Assembly (NCBI GenBank): GCA_050747905.1
Contig: JBOGKQ010000006.1
Coordinates: 52,980 to 116,979, forward strand
DNA: 64,000 nt
Source of the DNA: Terriglobales bacterium
Lineage (GTDB): Bacteria > Acidobacteriota > Terriglobia > Terriglobales > SCQP01
Reading direction: 5' to 3'
Made by a program: the position numbers and the translations under genes. Shown here in pieces: positions 63,114 through 64,000 of this stretch. How positions within the stretch are numbered: position 1 is the stretch's first letter; the number at the start of each line of letters is the position of its first letter. The notes beneath the pieces were generated by a model that was given only the letters and a program-made list of their open reading frames with translations, searched no databases and was not told where the DNA came from.

Positions 63114-64000
63114 TTAACGGCCAATATCGCGGCGCCACTGCATGCCGCGGAAATGAATCGCTTCGAACGCGCGATAACCGGCGGCCAGCGCCTCCGGCAG
63201 CGTTGCCCCGGTGGCGGCGGAGGCGAGCACGCGCCCGCCTCCGGTCTCCCACACGCCCTCGCGGCGGCGCGTGCTGGCGTGAAAGATCAGTGCCGGCGGA
63301 CTCTGTCCCGTGGCATCCAATCCGGCAATCACATCACCGCGCGTGGGCGCCCCGGGATAGCCTTCCGCCGCCGCCACCACGCAAGCGCCCCAGGGCGCCA
63401 GGCTGGCATCCGGTCCGGGATCGAGTTCGGCGCCGCGCGCCGCCTGACTAAGCACCTGCGCCAGATCGCCGTGCCAGCAGGGCAGAATGGCCTGCGCCTC
63501 CGGATCGCCAAAGCGCACGTTGTACTCCAGCACCTGGGGACCGGCGGCGTTCAGCATCAGCCCGCAATAGAGCACCCCCTGGAACGGTGTGGCCGACGCC
63601 TCCAGGGCCGCGAGGGTGGGCAGCACCACGCGTGTTTGGATGGCCTCGCGGGCGGCCGCATCCATCAAACCGGCGCCGCAGATGGCGCCCATGCCGCCGG
63701 TGTTCGGCCCCTGGTCGCCCTCGTTCAGGCGCTTGTGGTCGCGCGCCGGCGGCAACAGCACACACTGCTCGCCGTTGCTGATGGCGAGCACGCTCAGCTC
63801 GCGTCCGGTGAGTTTTTCCTCCACCACCAGCCGCCCGTATTCGGCCAGCAATCGTTCCGCGGCGGCTTCCGCCTCCCACGCCGTGGCCGGGACCACAACG
63901 CCCTTGCCCGCTGCCAAGCCATCGGCCTTGAGTACCGCCACCCCGCCGAAACGGCGCAGCGCCTGGCGCGCCCCCGCGGGCGTATCCACCGCGGCGAAGC
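63114..64000 (-). CDS. purD: Phosphoribosylamine--glycine ligase (partial; 5' end outside the window)
   Basis: VLKADGLAAGKGVVV, RDHKRLNEGDQGPNTGGMGA and YNVRFGDPE are present. The reading frame is open to the window edge. Confidence 0.93.
   Translation of the reverse strand, partial: FAAVDTPAGARQALRRFGGVAVLKADGLAAGKGVVVPATAWEAEAAAERLLAEYGRLVVEEKLTGRELSVLAISNGEQCVLLPPARDHKRLNEGDQGPNTGGMGAICGAGLMDAAAREAIQTRVVLPTLAALEASATPFQGVLYCGLMLNAAGPQVLEYNVRFGDPEAQAILPCWHGDLAQVLSQAARGAELDPGPDASLAPWGACVVAAAEGYPGAPTRGDVIAGLDATGQSPPALIFHASTRRREGVWETGGGRVLASAATGATLPEALAAGYRAFEAIHFRGMQWRRDIGR

Overview
This is a 64 kb, high-G+C bacterial chromosomal segment. G+C was not computed; hand-sampled 60-nt lines are mostly about 65-70%. 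No tools were available, so every product call rests on motifs read from the supplied translations and on manual alignment of repeat copies. Gene content and a remnant resembling the N-terminus of an Acidobacterial duplicated orphan permease suggest Acidobacteriota, which is inference only. The outer parts carry housekeeping genes: recX, a deoxyhypusine-synthase homologue, a tricorn-like protease, thrS, purN-purM, dnaK-dnaJ-hspR, pgpA, hldD, SOD, lysC-asd, a PpiD-like chaperone, an ECF sigma/anti-sigma module, scpAB, a sigma-54 activator, rsfS-nadD-obg, rplU-rpmA and purE-purD. The centre, about 12.3-41.7 kb, is a surface-polysaccharide region. It holds glf, galE, a Wzx flippase, two Wzy/O-antigen-ligase-like proteins, Wza, a Wzc tyrosine kinase, a WcaJ-type priming transferase, GT2/GT4/WcaI transferases, four methyltransferases, a GDP-mannose 3,5-epimerase orthologue, and genes for both ADP- and GDP-heptose routes. 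One tRNA (anticodon CAT) is present. No rRNA or CRISPR array was found. I found no clearly novel multi-gene system. The observations most worth a second look are these. (1) A modular, hairpin-rich dispersed repeat family has at least 12 copies, all in the same orientation; one copy sits in-frame inside nadD and another in the 5' region of scpA. (2) A rearrangement scar consists of two 311-bp direct repeats around an internally deleted IS630-family element, a methyltransferase gene and a decayed acnA 5' fragment. (3) A 19-codon Lys/Ala-rich ORF has a perfect Shine-Dalgarno sequence, a promoter-like element and a bidirectional terminator. (4) galE starts 14 nt after the tRNA. (5) rmlC-like, gmhA and rmlD-like genes are interleaved and translationally coupled, next to hddA/hddC-like genes.
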